A stretch of DNA of 64,000 nucleotides from an uncultured archaeon (GCA_964392445.1 CAYMPD010000004.1:3728-67727); one strand, 5' to 3'. Positions 19,972 to 29,912 are shown, counted from the stretch's first letter. Numbers and translations: made by a program. Notes: generated from the letters alone by a model not told the origin.

Positions 19972-21789
19972 ATGAATGTTAAAAAAATTGTTTGTGATAC
20001 TTCTATCATTATTGATGGAAAAATTACTGAAATGTTAGAAAAAGACCAATTAGAAGGTTTAGAAGAATTAATTGTACCTAATGCTGCTCTTGATGAATTA
20101 CAAGCTCAAGCTTCAAAAGGAAGAAATGAAGGTTATGTAGGATTGGAAGAGTTAAAGAAGATAAGACAATTATGTGAAGAGAAAGATATTAATCTCAGAT
20201 TCACAGGTAAAAGACCTACTCTCGAGGAAATAAAACTTGCTGGTGGGGGGAGATTAGACGCAATAATTCGGGACGCTGCAAAGTTCGAGGACGCCACCCT
20301 TTTAACAGCAGATTATGTTCAAAGTTTGGTTGGGGATGCAGAAGGTGTAAAAACAGAGTATATTCCACCTGAGGAAGAAGAGGAAGGAGAGTTAATTTTT
20401 GAAAAATATTTTACCCCAGACACAATGAGTGTTCATCTCAAGGAAAATGTTAAACCAATGGGTAAAAGGGGGAAACCAGGAAAATTCAGGTTGCAAGACA
20501 TTGAAGACAAACCATTGACAAAACAACAAATGGAAAATATAATTCGAGATATTGTTGAAAGGGCTAGGAAAACCGAAGATACATTCATAGAGGCTGAAAG
20601 AGGAGGCTCAACAGTAATCCAAATGGGAAACAACCGAATAGCAATAGCCCGTCCACCATTCTCAGACGGATTCGAAGTAACAATAGTTAGACCAATAGTA
20701 AAACTAACACTTGAAGATTACAAATTATCTGATAAGTTGAAAAAAAGATTAAAAGAAAAAGCCGAAGGGGTTCTAGTTGCAGGTCCACCAGGATCAGGAA
20801 AATCAACCTTCACCGCAAGCCTAGCAGAATTCTACTTCTCCCAGGGAAGAATAGTTAAAACACTTGAGTCACCTAGAGATCTTCAATTAGGTCCAGAAAT
20901 TACTCAATACGCTCCTTTGGGTGGAGATTATTTCAAGACATCGGATGTTCTTCTTTTGGTAAGACCCGACTATACTATTTTCGACGAAGTGAGACAACCA
21001 AACCACTTCCGAATTTTTGCTGATATGAGGCTAGCGGGTGTTGGTATGGTTGGTGTAGTTCATGCTTCTGAGGCTGTTGATGCGGTTCAAAGATTTATTG
21101 GGAAGATTGAGTTAGGAATGATTCCCCATGTGGTTGATACTGTTATTTACATAAGAGCTGGTCAGATAGAAAAAGTTTATGAACTAGCTTTGACGGTTAA
21201 AGTACCTCATGGAATGACTGAGAAAGACTTAACAAGACCGGTTGTAGTAATAAAAGACTTTGAGACTGGTAAGTTGATATATGAAATCTATACTTATGGT
21301 GAGGAAAATGTCGTTATACCGATTGGGGATGAGGAAGAACAATTGAGTGGTCTTGAAAGTTTGGCCAAAGAGGCGATTAGAAAGGTTATGAAAAAATACG
21401 ATCCTCAGGCAGAGATTGAATTTATGGGTAAAAATAAGGTTCAAGTTAGAGTCGATAACGACTGTATTGCTAGATTAATTGGTAAGAATGGAAGTAATAT
21501 CTCCCGAATTGAGGACAAGTTAGGTGTGGGAATAGATGTTGAACCTAAGGTTGCAAGTACAGGTAAGAGAGTCAAGTTCGAAATAGAGGAAGTGGGAAAT
21601 AATGTTGTTTTTGACTTTTTAAGATCCTTGAAAGGCGAGATGGTCAATGTTTATATTGGTGATGATTATCTTCTTTCAGCCACTGTTGGTAAAAGTAATG
21701 ATGTTAAGATAACTAAAGATTCTCCTGTTGGTAAAAAACTTGTTAAGGCTTTGTTGAGTGGGAAGGAAATTAGGGTTTTGGGTGTTTGA
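19972..21789 (+). CDS. PIN-domain ATPase with KH domain (PINA family)
   Basis: PIN (CDTSIIIDG), Walker A GPPGSGKST, FDEVR, C-terminal KH LIGKNG. Confidence 0.92.
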   Translation: MNVKKIVCDTSIIIDGKITEMLEKDQLEGLEELIVPNAALDELQAQASKGRNEGYVGLEELKKIRQLCEEKDINLRFTGKRPTLEEIKLAGGGRLDAIIRDAAKFEDATLLTADYVQSLVGDAEGVKTEYIPPEEEEEGELIFEKYFTPDTMSVHLKENVKPMGKRGKPGKFRLQDIEDKPLTKQQMENIIRDIVERARKTEDTFIEAERGGSTVIQMGNNRIAIARPPFSDGFEVTIVRPIVKLTLEDYKLSDKLKKRLKEKAEGVLVAGPPGSGKSTFTASLAEFYFSQGRIVKTLESPRDLQLGPEITQYAPLGGDYFKTSDVLLLVRPDYTIFDEVRQPNHFRIFADMRLAGVGMVGVVHASEAVDAVQRFIGKIELGMIPHVVDTVIYIRAGQIEKVYELALTVKVPHGMTEKDLTRPVVVIKDFETGKLIYEIYTYGEENVVIPIGDEEEQLSGLESLAKEAIRKVMKKYDPQAEIEFMGKNKVQVRVDNDCIARLIGKNGSNISRIEDKLGVGIDVEPKVASTGKRVKFEIEEVGNNVVFDFLRSLKGEMVNVYIGDDYLLSATVGKSNDVKITKDSPVGKKLVKALLSGKEIRVLGV

Positions 21790-21854
21790 GGGGACATTTT
21801 TTTATTAAAAATATTCTAAATTCGAGTGTGGAATACAGATTTAGAAATAAATAA

Positions 21855-22136
21855 TCCAGAGGCCCTAGAATTGTATTAGAAGTTATTGATTGTGACATTA
21901 AAACCCAGAAAAATTTATTAGCAACTTTAACAAATTTAGCTTATTCAAGTTTAGATGGTAGATTTCCAGATTCTTTCCAGATCGCTTATGATCCACCTGG
22001 ATAAGAAGAAGTAAACAAAATAATAGATGGAATAAAGGAAACAGTGGAGAAATATGGATTAGAGTACGTTGAAGTTATACCTTCCTCACTTTTCTACCTG
22101 AGAGAAACAATAATTGATTTAAATATTATAACTTAA
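21855..22136 (+). pseudogene. Degraded coding-like frame with one internal TAA (22002) and no start
   Basis: About 93 codons of protein-like sequence interrupted by one stop. Confidence 0.3.
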
Positions 22137-22146
22137 TTATCAAATA

Positions 22147-22485
22147 ATGACAGGAATACCAAAAAGGTATAAGGGACATACACGTGGACATTTAGTATTT
22201 TATGGATCCAGTTCTAGTTCTTGGGAAGATTTAGTTGATGCTCTAGGAAGGAGGGGATATGAGATTGAATGCTACAAAGAACTAAACGGTGTTGATAAAT
22301 TACCGGAAAATCTTTCCTTTGTGAGGGGTTCAAAAATTTATGAAGCAGTAGTAATTTATCTTGGAAATGAAATGAAAAGATGTGGTCCTTGGAACCCCTT
22401 AATCAATCTTTCAGATGCTAATAATTGGAGTGTAGCTCATAAAAATGTAGATAGAGTTCGAAAACCTGAAAGAAGAAGATTCTAA
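22147..22485 (+). CDS. Hypothetical protein
   Basis: ORF only. Confidence 0.55.
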   Translation: MTGIPKRYKGHTRGHLVFYGSSSSSWEDLVDALGRRGYEIECYKELNGVDKLPENLSFVRGSKIYEAVVIYLGNEMKRCGPWNPLINLSDANNWSVAHKNVDRVRKPERRRF

Positions 22486-22763
22486 AACAAACTAAATATC
22501 CCTTTTTGAATCAAAAAAACAAAAAATACCACATTAAAGAATCCATTACTAAATCCAAGAAGCAAATAACCACCGATACCAGCATCAATAATGCTCACAA
22601 AGTTCAAACCACCATAACCAATCCCGAGAATTATTCCGAACAGAATCCCTTTAACAACCAGATAGCCACCAACAATTCTGTCAATATTACCTGGAAAAAA
22701 AGAAGAAGCTAGCAAGACTATTGAGCAGAAAATATCAAGCAATCCAAGTATTCTTCTTATCAT
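22482..22763 (-). CDS. Small multi-TM membrane protein
   Basis: Hydrophobic Gly-rich helices. Confidence 0.65.
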   Translation of the reverse strand: MIRRILGLLDIFCSIVLLASSFFPGNIDRIVGGYLVVKGILFGIILGIGYGGLNFVSIIDAGIGGYLLLGFSNGFFNVVFFVFLIQKGIFSLF

Positions 22764-22825
22764 AACTAGTTCTTGTTAGTTAAGAGTTTTATAGATGAAA
22801 GGTCAGAATTTTGGAAATATAGCGA

Positions 22826-23125
22826 TTAGTAGCTTGTTGTTTCTATAGGCTTCGAGTCCCCTCTTTCAAATCTTATTTTATTATAAGAGAATCTTATTAA
22901 TCCGTCAATATCTAGACCTCTCCTGAGTCTGGGATAGCGAGTATATAATTTATTTATTACCTCTGATTCTAGGTCTCCCCTGACTGGGAGATATAGATCA
23001 TCAAATTCTGGAGCTCGTCTATCCTCAAATATTGATTCTATATATTCACCTACAACCCTAATAACAAATTCTGGTAGAAATTTATCAGAGTCTACATCAA
23101 AACTACTCATAGTAATAGATAACAA
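22826..23125 (-). CDS. Hypothetical protein
   Basis: ORF only. Confidence 0.5.
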   Translation of the reverse strand: MLSITMSSFDVDSDKFLPEFVIRVVGEYIESIFEDRRAPEFDDLYLPVRGDLESEVINKLYTRYPRLRRGLDIDGLIRFSYNKIRFERGDSKPIETTSY

Positions 23126-23172
23126 GTGAAACGTTTTATCTCTAACATTTACCTTTTATAGAAAAAATAATA

Positions 23173-25029
23173 CTACCTAAACAAGAACGAATTTATCATT
23201 ATCGATATTGTACTGGAAACACTCGCTGCGCATGCTAACAAGGGACTAACAGTTAACCCCAATCCCATCAACAAACCCGAGGCAATTACAACCGCAGCAA
23301 GATTATAGGTATAAGTCCAGAAAAGATTCTGTCTTATTTTGGTCTGTGTAAAATCACTTATTTTTATCAATTTTTTAACCATTGTTAGATCGTTTCTTGT
23401 AAGAACTACATCCGCAGACTCCTTGATCAAATCTAGTTCATTATTAACCGATATTCCAACATCTGCTTGGGCAAGTGATGGAGCGTCGTTTATCCCATCT
23501 CCTATCATTACCAACCGCCCTTTCTCTCTTAATTCTTTGACTATCTCGAGTTTGTTTTCGGGTGTTACTTCTGAGAATATTTTTTCGATTCCTAATTCTT
23601 CTCCTATTCTTTCAGCCTTTGTTTTTGTATCGCCAGTTAACATTATTATTTCATTGCCTCTTTTTTTAAGGAATTCCACTAGTTCTTTTGACGCTTCTTT
23701 TAATGTATCTTGGAATTCAATCAAACCCATAGGCTTTCTATCCACACACACTATCACAGTATTTTGCAAATCTTCAGGTAACCCATCCTTTTCTATATTG
23801 AATTTATTTAGTAAACTCTCCTTCCCCACATGGATCGTGTGATCTTTGTATCTAGCATAAACACCCATCCCGAAGTATTCACGGAAATGATCGGGTTCAG
23901 GTACTCGTTTATTTTTATCGAGTTGGTCGTACAGAATTTTCACAAGTACATGCGAGGAATTCTTTTCGGCTATCAAAAAGTATTTAATGACCTCATCACA
24001 ACTAAAATCATTCAGAGTTTTTATCTGATCTACCATCCATTTTCCCTCAGTCAGTGTCCCAGTTTTGTCGAAAACATAGGTATTAATTTCAGGCAGCATC
24101 TCCACACTTCTTGGATTTTTAACAATAATCCCATTCTTAGTCAATGTTATTATTGCGAAAATTATTGCTATGGGTGTCGCTAGGACTAATGAGGCGTTTG
24201 ATGATATTACTAGGACAGTTGTTGCTTTTTGTAAGGCGTTATAAGTTGAAACACCCAAGAATTTCCAAATTCCAAATGTTGCTAGTGATGATAGGATTAT
24301 GAAGAACATGAATGCTTTGTAAGATTTTGCTAGTCTTTTTTTGTTCTGAGTTTTTGATTCTTCAACATTTTTTATCAAGTCCACTATTTGTGAGAGATAG
24401 GTATCTTCACCCAATCTTTCAACTTTAACTTTTATCATCCCGTCTATCACTATTGTTCCAGCGATAACTTTATCACCTCTTTCCTTTTCCACTTCTTGAC
24501 TTTCGCCAGTGATTAAACTCTCATCCACGCATGAACTTCCTGAGACTATTTCTCCATCGACTGGAACCTTTTTACCTGAGGCGATTATTATGATGTCACC
24601 TTCTGATAGACTTTTGATTGATAACATCTTCTCTTTTCCATTTCTTATTACTTTGACTTTTTTGGGTAGGAGTTTGTATAAGTCGGAAAATGTTTTCTGG
24701 ATTCCTTGGTAAGTTTTTTGTTCGATTAGTTTTGTAATGTAGTAAATCAGGATCAGTATTCCCGTGATGTAAAAATAGGTTTTTTGTTGGATTGTCATTC
24801 CGTAGATACTGAGAATATAAACCGAAGCTGTACTCAAGAGGACTAGTAGATCAATGTTGTAATCCCCTAAATTCTCTTTTATGATGTAGTAGGATGTTGT
24901 TATTTGGATGATTGTTGTGAGTGTGAGTAGAATAAGTATATTCTCCGGATTAACTATTCCAAGCATTATTACAGGTAAACCTACTACTAGGTTAACAAGA
25001 AACAGGCATGCCAGTAATTTCCCCCTCAT
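23173..25029 (-). CDS. P1B-type (heavy-metal) ATPase, atypical TM metal site, no N-terminal metal-binding domain
   Basis: TGES, DKTGTLT, LTGD, GDGINDAP; CPC replaced by SNA. Likely start MRGK at 25029. Confidence 0.88.
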   Translation of the reverse strand: MRGKLLACLFLVNLVVGLPVIMLGIVNPENILILLTLTTIIQITTSYYIIKENLGDYNIDLLVLLSTASVYILSIYGMTIQQKTYFYITGILILIYYITKLIEQKTYQGIQKTFSDLYKLLPKKVKVIRNGKEKMLSIKSLSEGDIIIIASGKKVPVDGEIVSGSSCVDESLITGESQEVEKERGDKVIAGTIVIDGMIKVKVERLGEDTYLSQIVDLIKNVEESKTQNKKRLAKSYKAFMFFIILSSLATFGIWKFLGVSTYNALQKATTVLVISSNASLVLATPIAIIFAIITLTKNGIIVKNPRSVEMLPEINTYVFDKTGTLTEGKWMVDQIKTLNDFSCDEVIKYFLIAEKNSSHVLVKILYDQLDKNKRVPEPDHFREYFGMGVYARYKDHTIHVGKESLLNKFNIEKDGLPEDLQNTVIVCVDRKPMGLIEFQDTLKEASKELVEFLKKRGNEIIMLTGDTKTKAERIGEELGIEKIFSEVTPENKLEIVKELREKGRLVMIGDGINDAPSLAQADVGISVNNELDLIKESADVVLTRNDLTMVKKLIKISDFTQTKIRQNLFWTYTYNLAAVVIASGLLMGLGLTVSPLLACAASVSSTISIMINSFLFR

Positions 25030-25171
25030 TATTAGAATTAATTGGAAGTGAAACTTAAATTTGGGAGTTGTTTTTGTGAAAATGTGTACAGGTGTCCATG
25101 TTTTGAATTTAAAGTAATTATACAAAAAGATAAAATTATCTAATTCTTTAATAAAACTAGTTACTTAAATT

Positions 25172-25453
25172 CTATACGACCTTAGATTCCGTCCTTAAAG
25201 TTCTAAAACCTTTATTCCAAAAACGGTTAATCGCAGCTTGATGAAGAGAGGTTGCAAAATAACCTGTTTCACAATAATCTCCTCCTCTATCCTGGACAGG
25301 TTCATAGCCATCTCCTTCAAAAACCATAGTTTCATATGTTCTTTCATATGTTCCATTTTGCCTCGTTGTTGATACTCTTACAACTCTGTCTCTAGTTCCA
25401 TCATTCCTTGGTCTACTCATATAGGTTGTTATTTGTTGTATCTGTTGTATCAT
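25172..25453 (-). CDS. Hypothetical protein
   Basis: ORF only. Confidence 0.55.
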   Translation of the reverse strand: MIQQIQQITTYMSRPRNDGTRDRVVRVSTTRQNGTYERTYETMVFEGDGYEPVQDRGGDYCETGYFATSLHQAAINRFWNKGFRTLRTESKVV

Positions 25454-25647
25454 AGTTTCATTCTATAATGTTAATTATTTAAACCTATCGTTTCTCAATT
25501 ATAACCTCATTATTATCGTGTTTTCACACTTTTATCCTAGTATAATTTTTAGAATACATAATTTTACACAAAACTTCAGTCATTTATTGTTAATTATTTT
25601 TCAACTTACCCATTAACTTTTTCTTAACTCAAATCGAACTATTAACC

Positions 25648-26856
25648 ATGAGATCAAAGTCCAAAAAAATAGTGAAAAAAACTCACAAATATTGTGTTAA
25701 AGGAACTTATGTTTACCCATTGACAATAAAAACAGGTAAAGGCTGTTACATCCAAGATCACGACGGTAAATGGTATCTGGACTTCAATGCGAACGTTTCA
25801 AGTTGTAATGTTGGTTATGCTCACCCGGAAATCCAAAAGGTTATAGAAAAATACTCCAAACTCGGGGCTCACAAAATCGCGGGACAAGACTTTTACACTG
25901 AAGAACAAGCAAATTTAGCAGAAAAACTAGTTAAAATAACTCCAAGAAAACTAAGAAAAGTATTCTTATCAAATTCAGGTGCAGAATCAGTAGAAAATGC
26001 GATGAAATTTGCTTTCCGAAAAAAAGGACCATTACCCGGAGTAGGATGTTCAAGAGGATTTCATGGAAGAACTTTGGGGGCATTGACATTCACAGACAGT
26101 AAAGCCGTGCAGAAAAAGAACTTTCCTGAGATTAATCATGAATTAATTGAGTTTTGTACCTCAGATAACGATCCCAATATCTACCAGCTCGAAAAACTAA
26201 TCCAAAGAGAATCTACTCCAGCATTTGTTCTCTTGGAATGTGTCCAGGGTGAAGGTGGTTATAGGCCTGCGAGTAAAAAATTCATTAAGACCCTTAAAAA
26301 AATCAGTAAAAAACACAAATTCCCGATGATTCTGGATGAAATTCAATCAGGTTTAGGAAGGACAGGGAAATGGTGGTCGTTTGAACATTACGGCATCATC
26401 CCAGATTTAATCACTTCTGCTAAAAGTCTACAAGTGGGTGCGACAATAACATCGAAAAAATACGACCCTAACGAAAAAGGTGCGGTATCTTCAACTTGGG
26501 GAGGTGGCCATAGAATAGACATGGCTATAGGACTGAAAACAATTGAGATAATTGAAAAGGAGAATTTGCTTAAGAACTCAGAAAAAATGGGGAATTATAT
26601 GCTAAAAAGGTTGAATGAGATCAAAGAAAAGTATTCGGTTGATGTAATTGATGTTCGTGGTTTGGGTTTGATGATTGGGTTGGAACTAAGGGATGAGAAA
26701 AGAAGGAATTTTGTTGTTAAGGATTGCTTTAAGAACGGTCTTCTGCTTTTAGGGTGTGGTTTCAAGACAGTAAGATTTGCTCCTCCGTTGATAATTACTC
26801 GAAAAGAGATAGATGAAGGGTTAGAAATATTTGAGGAAGCGGTTAAGAAGTGTTAA
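25648..26856 (+). CDS. Class III PLP aminotransferase (ornithine/acetylornithine/4-aminobutyrate type)
   Basis: SNSGAESVE, FHGRT, ECVQGEGG, DEIQSG, SAK, STWGG. Confidence 0.9.
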   Translation: MRSKSKKIVKKTHKYCVKGTYVYPLTIKTGKGCYIQDHDGKWYLDFNANVSSCNVGYAHPEIQKVIEKYSKLGAHKIAGQDFYTEEQANLAEKLVKITPRKLRKVFLSNSGAESVENAMKFAFRKKGPLPGVGCSRGFHGRTLGALTFTDSKAVQKKNFPEINHELIEFCTSDNDPNIYQLEKLIQRESTPAFVLLECVQGEGGYRPASKKFIKTLKKISKKHKFPMILDEIQSGLGRTGKWWSFEHYGIIPDLITSAKSLQVGATITSKKYDPNEKGAVSSTWGGGHRIDMAIGLKTIEIIEKENLLKNSEKMGNYMLKRLNEIKEKYSVDVIDVRGLGLMIGLELRDEKRRNFVVKDCFKNGLLLLGCGFKTVRFAPPLIITRKEIDEGLEIFEEAVKKC

Positions 26857-26857
26857 T

Positions 26858-27889
26858 TTACATTTTAAATCCAATTCCTTTAACACTAATGCTCTTACCT
26901 TCAACCTTAAACTTCACAGGTAACATCTTCTCAATAACCTTAACATTAGTAACAACATGATCTGTTGCTCCTTCCACTGAAACACTTGACTTTCCGTCAG
27001 CTAGCGCCAAGAAAGGCAGTATCTGGTCAGCCATATATTTGTCCAAGCAAGCTCCTCGCTCGAGCGATTTCACTAGTTCTTCGGCAGCTTCTCGACCAAC
27101 TATTTCTGCCTTTAACCCTCGTTCTCCAAGATAAGATGCACCCAAAACCGAATTTTCACAGATGGCATAACATGTACAACTTGATCCTCGGGATAAACTG
27201 TTAACACGTTTGTAGGTCATAGAAGCCTTAGTTTTAGAAAAATGGTACTGAAGTAGTCTTAAAGCACTCTCTCCCTGTCTTTTAGCAATACTTTTCGGTA
27301 AATCCCCACATACAGAGTCCACATACAAAGATTTAATCTCTCCCCGTGTTTCACATATCCAAGGTCTTAATTTGCGTGCAGGTTCTGATTTTACTTTAAT
27401 TCTTCCTCCACCTTTGGGATAATAGCCATGTTTAATGACTTCTATCCCAAGTTTAGCTCCTAGCTTGTTTAAAATTGGAAAAGCGACATTCTGGTAGTAC
27501 TGAACTGTGGGAGACCATTTAACTTCTGTTCCACCTATTATCTCAAAAGAAACACGTTTTTTAGCGAAAATAAGGATTGGTAATAGTGTTTGAAGCAAAA
27601 GAGTAACACTTCCGGCGGTTCCTATGTTTATTTTACCAGAACTGACATCTAACTTTTTTGGAGTGAATTGTAATTCAGTTGAACATTCCTCTAACCCATT
27701 AACAACCGCATCACAGAATTCTTTAACAATTTTTACCCCCATCATGTGCTGAGGACGAAGACCATGTTTTCCTAGGGGTTTATTAGTGCGGATATTGAAC
27801 AACTTGACTGGTTCTTGGGTTAATGCTGATAGACCTATGGCTGTTCTTAAAACCTGTCCTCCCCCACCAGATCCATCTATCTCTATCAT
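26858..27889 (-). CDS. rtcA: RNA 3'-terminal phosphate cyclase
   Basis: IDGSGGGGQVLR, GLRPQH, GTAGS, GYYPKGGG, catalytic H in DHVVTN. Confidence 0.95.
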   Translation of the reverse strand: MIEIDGSGGGGQVLRTAIGLSALTQEPVKLFNIRTNKPLGKHGLRPQHMMGVKIVKEFCDAVVNGLEECSTELQFTPKKLDVSSGKINIGTAGSVTLLLQTLLPILIFAKKRVSFEIIGGTEVKWSPTVQYYQNVAFPILNKLGAKLGIEVIKHGYYPKGGGRIKVKSEPARKLRPWICETRGEIKSLYVDSVCGDLPKSIAKRQGESALRLLQYHFSKTKASMTYKRVNSLSRGSSCTCYAICENSVLGASYLGERGLKAEIVGREAAEELVKSLERGACLDKYMADQILPFLALADGKSSVSVEGATDHVVTNVKVIEKMLPVKFKVEGKSISVKGIGFKM

Positions 27890-27925
27890 GAATAATAATT
27901 AGAAAAAATAAGTAAAATAAGTTAT
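27854..27925 (+). repeat. Direct repeat copy A (rtcA 5' end plus upstream spacer)
   Basis: 27854-27891 matches 29144-29181 at 37/38 nt; weaker similarity continues about 35 nt. Confidence 0.9.
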
Positions 27926-28489
27926 ACACCTCAAGTTTTTTTTGGATTTCGCTTTGCTGTCTTTCTTAGATTTTTTTAATCTCTTTTTCTTATTATCCTC
28001 CATCTCTTTCAATACTATTCTAACTTTGTTAACTATTTCTTTTGAGGTTTCTTCTAATACCTCCAGTTTTTCCTTTTCAATTTCTGTTTTTGTCCCATAT
28101 TGCATATCTTCTCTCATCGTCTTGGCATCGTTTTTAACTCCTTTACTAACGTTTCTTACACTTTTAACATCCTTTTTTGTAAGTTTTATCTTCTTCAGAT
28201 CTATCAGATGTTCTATTGTGGTGAATGTACATTCTTGATTTCGTGACTCATAACCTACTTTTGAAAGAATTGCAAGAAATGAATGATACATCGAATAAAA
28301 TCCAGCATTTACAGCCCAGTCAGTGAATCCACCTTTTATGTTGTGTTTCATTGCTTTTAAGTTATGTAAAGCCTTCTCTATGTGCTTTTTAGATTCTTCA
28401 TCACTCGACTTAACTTTTTTGATACCTCTGTGGTATTTTCCTTTACCTTTTCTTAAACACCAGTTGAATTTATCCTCTGTTCTTGTCAT
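27899..28489 (-). CDS. HEPN-domain protein (putative RNase toxin)
   Basis: HIEKALHNL...WAVNAGFYSMYH...GYESRNQEC; ATGA overlap with the MNT gene. Confidence 0.8.
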   Translation of the reverse strand: MTRTEDKFNWCLRKGKGKYHRGIKKVKSSDEESKKHIEKALHNLKAMKHNIKGGFTDWAVNAGFYSMYHSFLAILSKVGYESRNQECTFTTIEHLIDLKKIKLTKKDVKSVRNVSKGVKNDAKTMREDMQYGTKTEIEKEKLEVLEETSKEIVNKVRIVLKEMEDNKKKRLKKSKKDSKAKSKKNLRCITYFTYFF

Positions 28490-29082
28490 TTCATCATCAC
28501 CTTTTTGATTGCTTTCACTATATAACGACTTCCCCATAAAATAAAACCCTTTCTTATTATATCTAGTATCACTTGATCTTTTTCTCTGAGGTTTTGTTCC
28601 AAGTCTTTTTCTGTTTGGAAAACAGGGTGTATTTCTTTTGCTGATATAGAATTGATTTCCTCTATTTTCTTTTTTAGCTTCCTATAGTTTGAAGAATCGG
28701 ATAAAACCAATATATCAATATCATTTGCTTCTTTTGGATTTTCTATGAAAGAGCCGAAAACAATTAGTGAGTATGAAATATCTTTTAGTCCATCTAGGTT
28801 TTCCACCAATACCTCTAGATCTGGATTTTCTTTCTTTTGGGAGAGAATCAATTCTGAAACTTTAATTGCAATTTCATTATTTAGATCGATAGAATAAAAT
28901 ACTGAATTTCCCATCTTTTCAGGGACAAGTATTTCTTGAGCTTCTAACCTTTTGAGTATCTTATATCCTCCCATTGGACTAAGATCAAGTTCTCTGGTTA
29001 ATTGGTTGATGCTATACTTTTCTGTGAAATTTCTAATTAAAAAATTAATTACTCTTGCTTCATTCTTTGTTAATGATATCAT
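28486..29082 (-). CDS. wHTH-fused minimal nucleotidyltransferase (MNT antitoxin)
   Basis: N-terminal wHTH; VFGSF...NDIDIL motif. Confidence 0.85.
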   Translation of the reverse strand: MISLTKNEARVINFLIRNFTEKYSINQLTRELDLSPMGGYKILKRLEAQEILVPEKMGNSVFYSIDLNNEIAIKVSELILSQKKENPDLEVLVENLDGLKDISYSLIVFGSFIENPKEANDIDILVLSDSSNYRKLKKKIEEINSISAKEIHPVFQTEKDLEQNLREKDQVILDIIRKGFILWGSRYIVKAIKKVMMK

Positions 29083-29122
29083 ATACCTCTAGTATATAAT
29101 TATATACCTCTAGTATATAAAG
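29081..29122. promoter_or_regulatory. Tandem 19-bp repeat (period 21), each with a TATAC-N5-GTATA palindrome, overlapping the TATA box and start codon: probable autoregulatory operator
   Basis: ATATACCTCTAGTATATAA at 29081-29099 and 29102-29120. Confidence 0.65.
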
Positions 29123-29143
29123 ATTTCTTTAGTGGAACTATAA

Positions 29144-29216
29144 CTGTCCTCCCCCACCAGATCCATCTATTTCTATCATGATTAATTAATTGGTAAAAGA
29201 AGTAAAAGTAAGTTAT
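29144..29216 (+). repeat. Direct repeat copy B; on the minus strand it encodes the truncated rtcA start MIEIDGSGGGGQL*
   Basis: Direct sequence comparison with 27854-27925. Confidence 0.9.
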
Positions 29217-29494
29217 CCATCAAAATCCTTAAGAACGGTTTCAGCATAATCCATTATTTTCTTGTTTATGTTCATCTGTGCATCTTCTACTTTTTGCTTT
29301 ATATCTGGATCGTCTCCCATAGTGTTTTCCACTGTCCACAAAACCAACAAATTACTTTGTAATTCTGACCAAAAAAAAGCTTTTTGTACAAACCTCTTCA
29401 TCTTATCTGGATTATTGGCTTTTAAAGCCTCCTCTTTCCAGGTCTGGTAATGAGGTGTACATGTTTTAATTATTTCACGTGGCTCTAATTTCAT
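29213..29494 (-). CDS. Hypothetical helical protein
   Basis: Lys-rich ORF with a plausible start. Confidence 0.7.
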   Translation of the reverse strand: MKLEPREIIKTCTPHYQTWKEEALKANNPDKMKRFVQKAFFWSELQSNLLVLWTVENTMGDDPDIKQKVEDAQMNINKKIMDYAETVLKDFDG

Positions 29495-29594
29495 GTGTTA
29501 CTATAAGGTAGTACTCCTATATAAGTATTTCTATATTTTGTCACTTATTTGTGGTTACATAGGTTATAAGACTTCTGGACCCCAAAAATAATCT

Positions 29595-29912
29595 ATGTCC
29601 AAATCCCCTTTGCAAATAATCTTCGAACTTCTTGTTCTAATAATCCAAACAACAGTAGATGGACTAAAATTGATCTTTGAAAAATTAGTTGAACTATTCG
29701 AATCCCTAGTTTTTCTAGCAAACAAAGGAATATCAGGACTGATTGTAGCATCGGTTATAGGAGGAATCGTGGTAATACTAATCTCGAGGTTTATTTTCGG
29801 GAACACAAAAACACTTTTAAGAGTCCTTTTAGTTTATATGGGATTTGTTCTAGTCATGATTTTACTTTTTTTCCTAACTACTTCTAAAGGTCAAACTCCT
29901 CCTGTCTCTTAG
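29595..29912 (+). CDS. Small membrane protein
   Basis: Two to three hydrophobic helices. Confidence 0.65.
   Translation: MSKSPLQIIFELLVLIIQTTVDGLKLIFEKLVELFESLVFLANKGISGLIVASVIGGIVVILISRFIFGNTKTLLRVLLVYMGFVLVMILLFFLTTSKGQTPPVS

Noticed and set aside
21855-22136. In-frame TAA as a sign of stop-codon reassignment
   Set aside because: It is a single case in a start-less fragment; TAA, TAG and TGA all terminate conserved genes at expected positions, so decay is the simpler reading.
26858-27889. RtcA 'DKYMADQ' initially looked like loss of the catalytic His
   Set aside because: The adenylylated His lies in the downstream H-x-x-T-N motif (DHVVTN), which is intact.
28230-28260. HEPN motif RNQEC lacks the usual His, suggesting a dead toxin
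   Set aside because: I cannot align the Rx4-6H motif reliably by eye and this variant may be family-typical, so no claim is made.
29081-29120. Possible CRISPR mini-array
   Set aside because: Only two 19-bp units with a 2-nt gap, no spacers, and no cas genes in the window.
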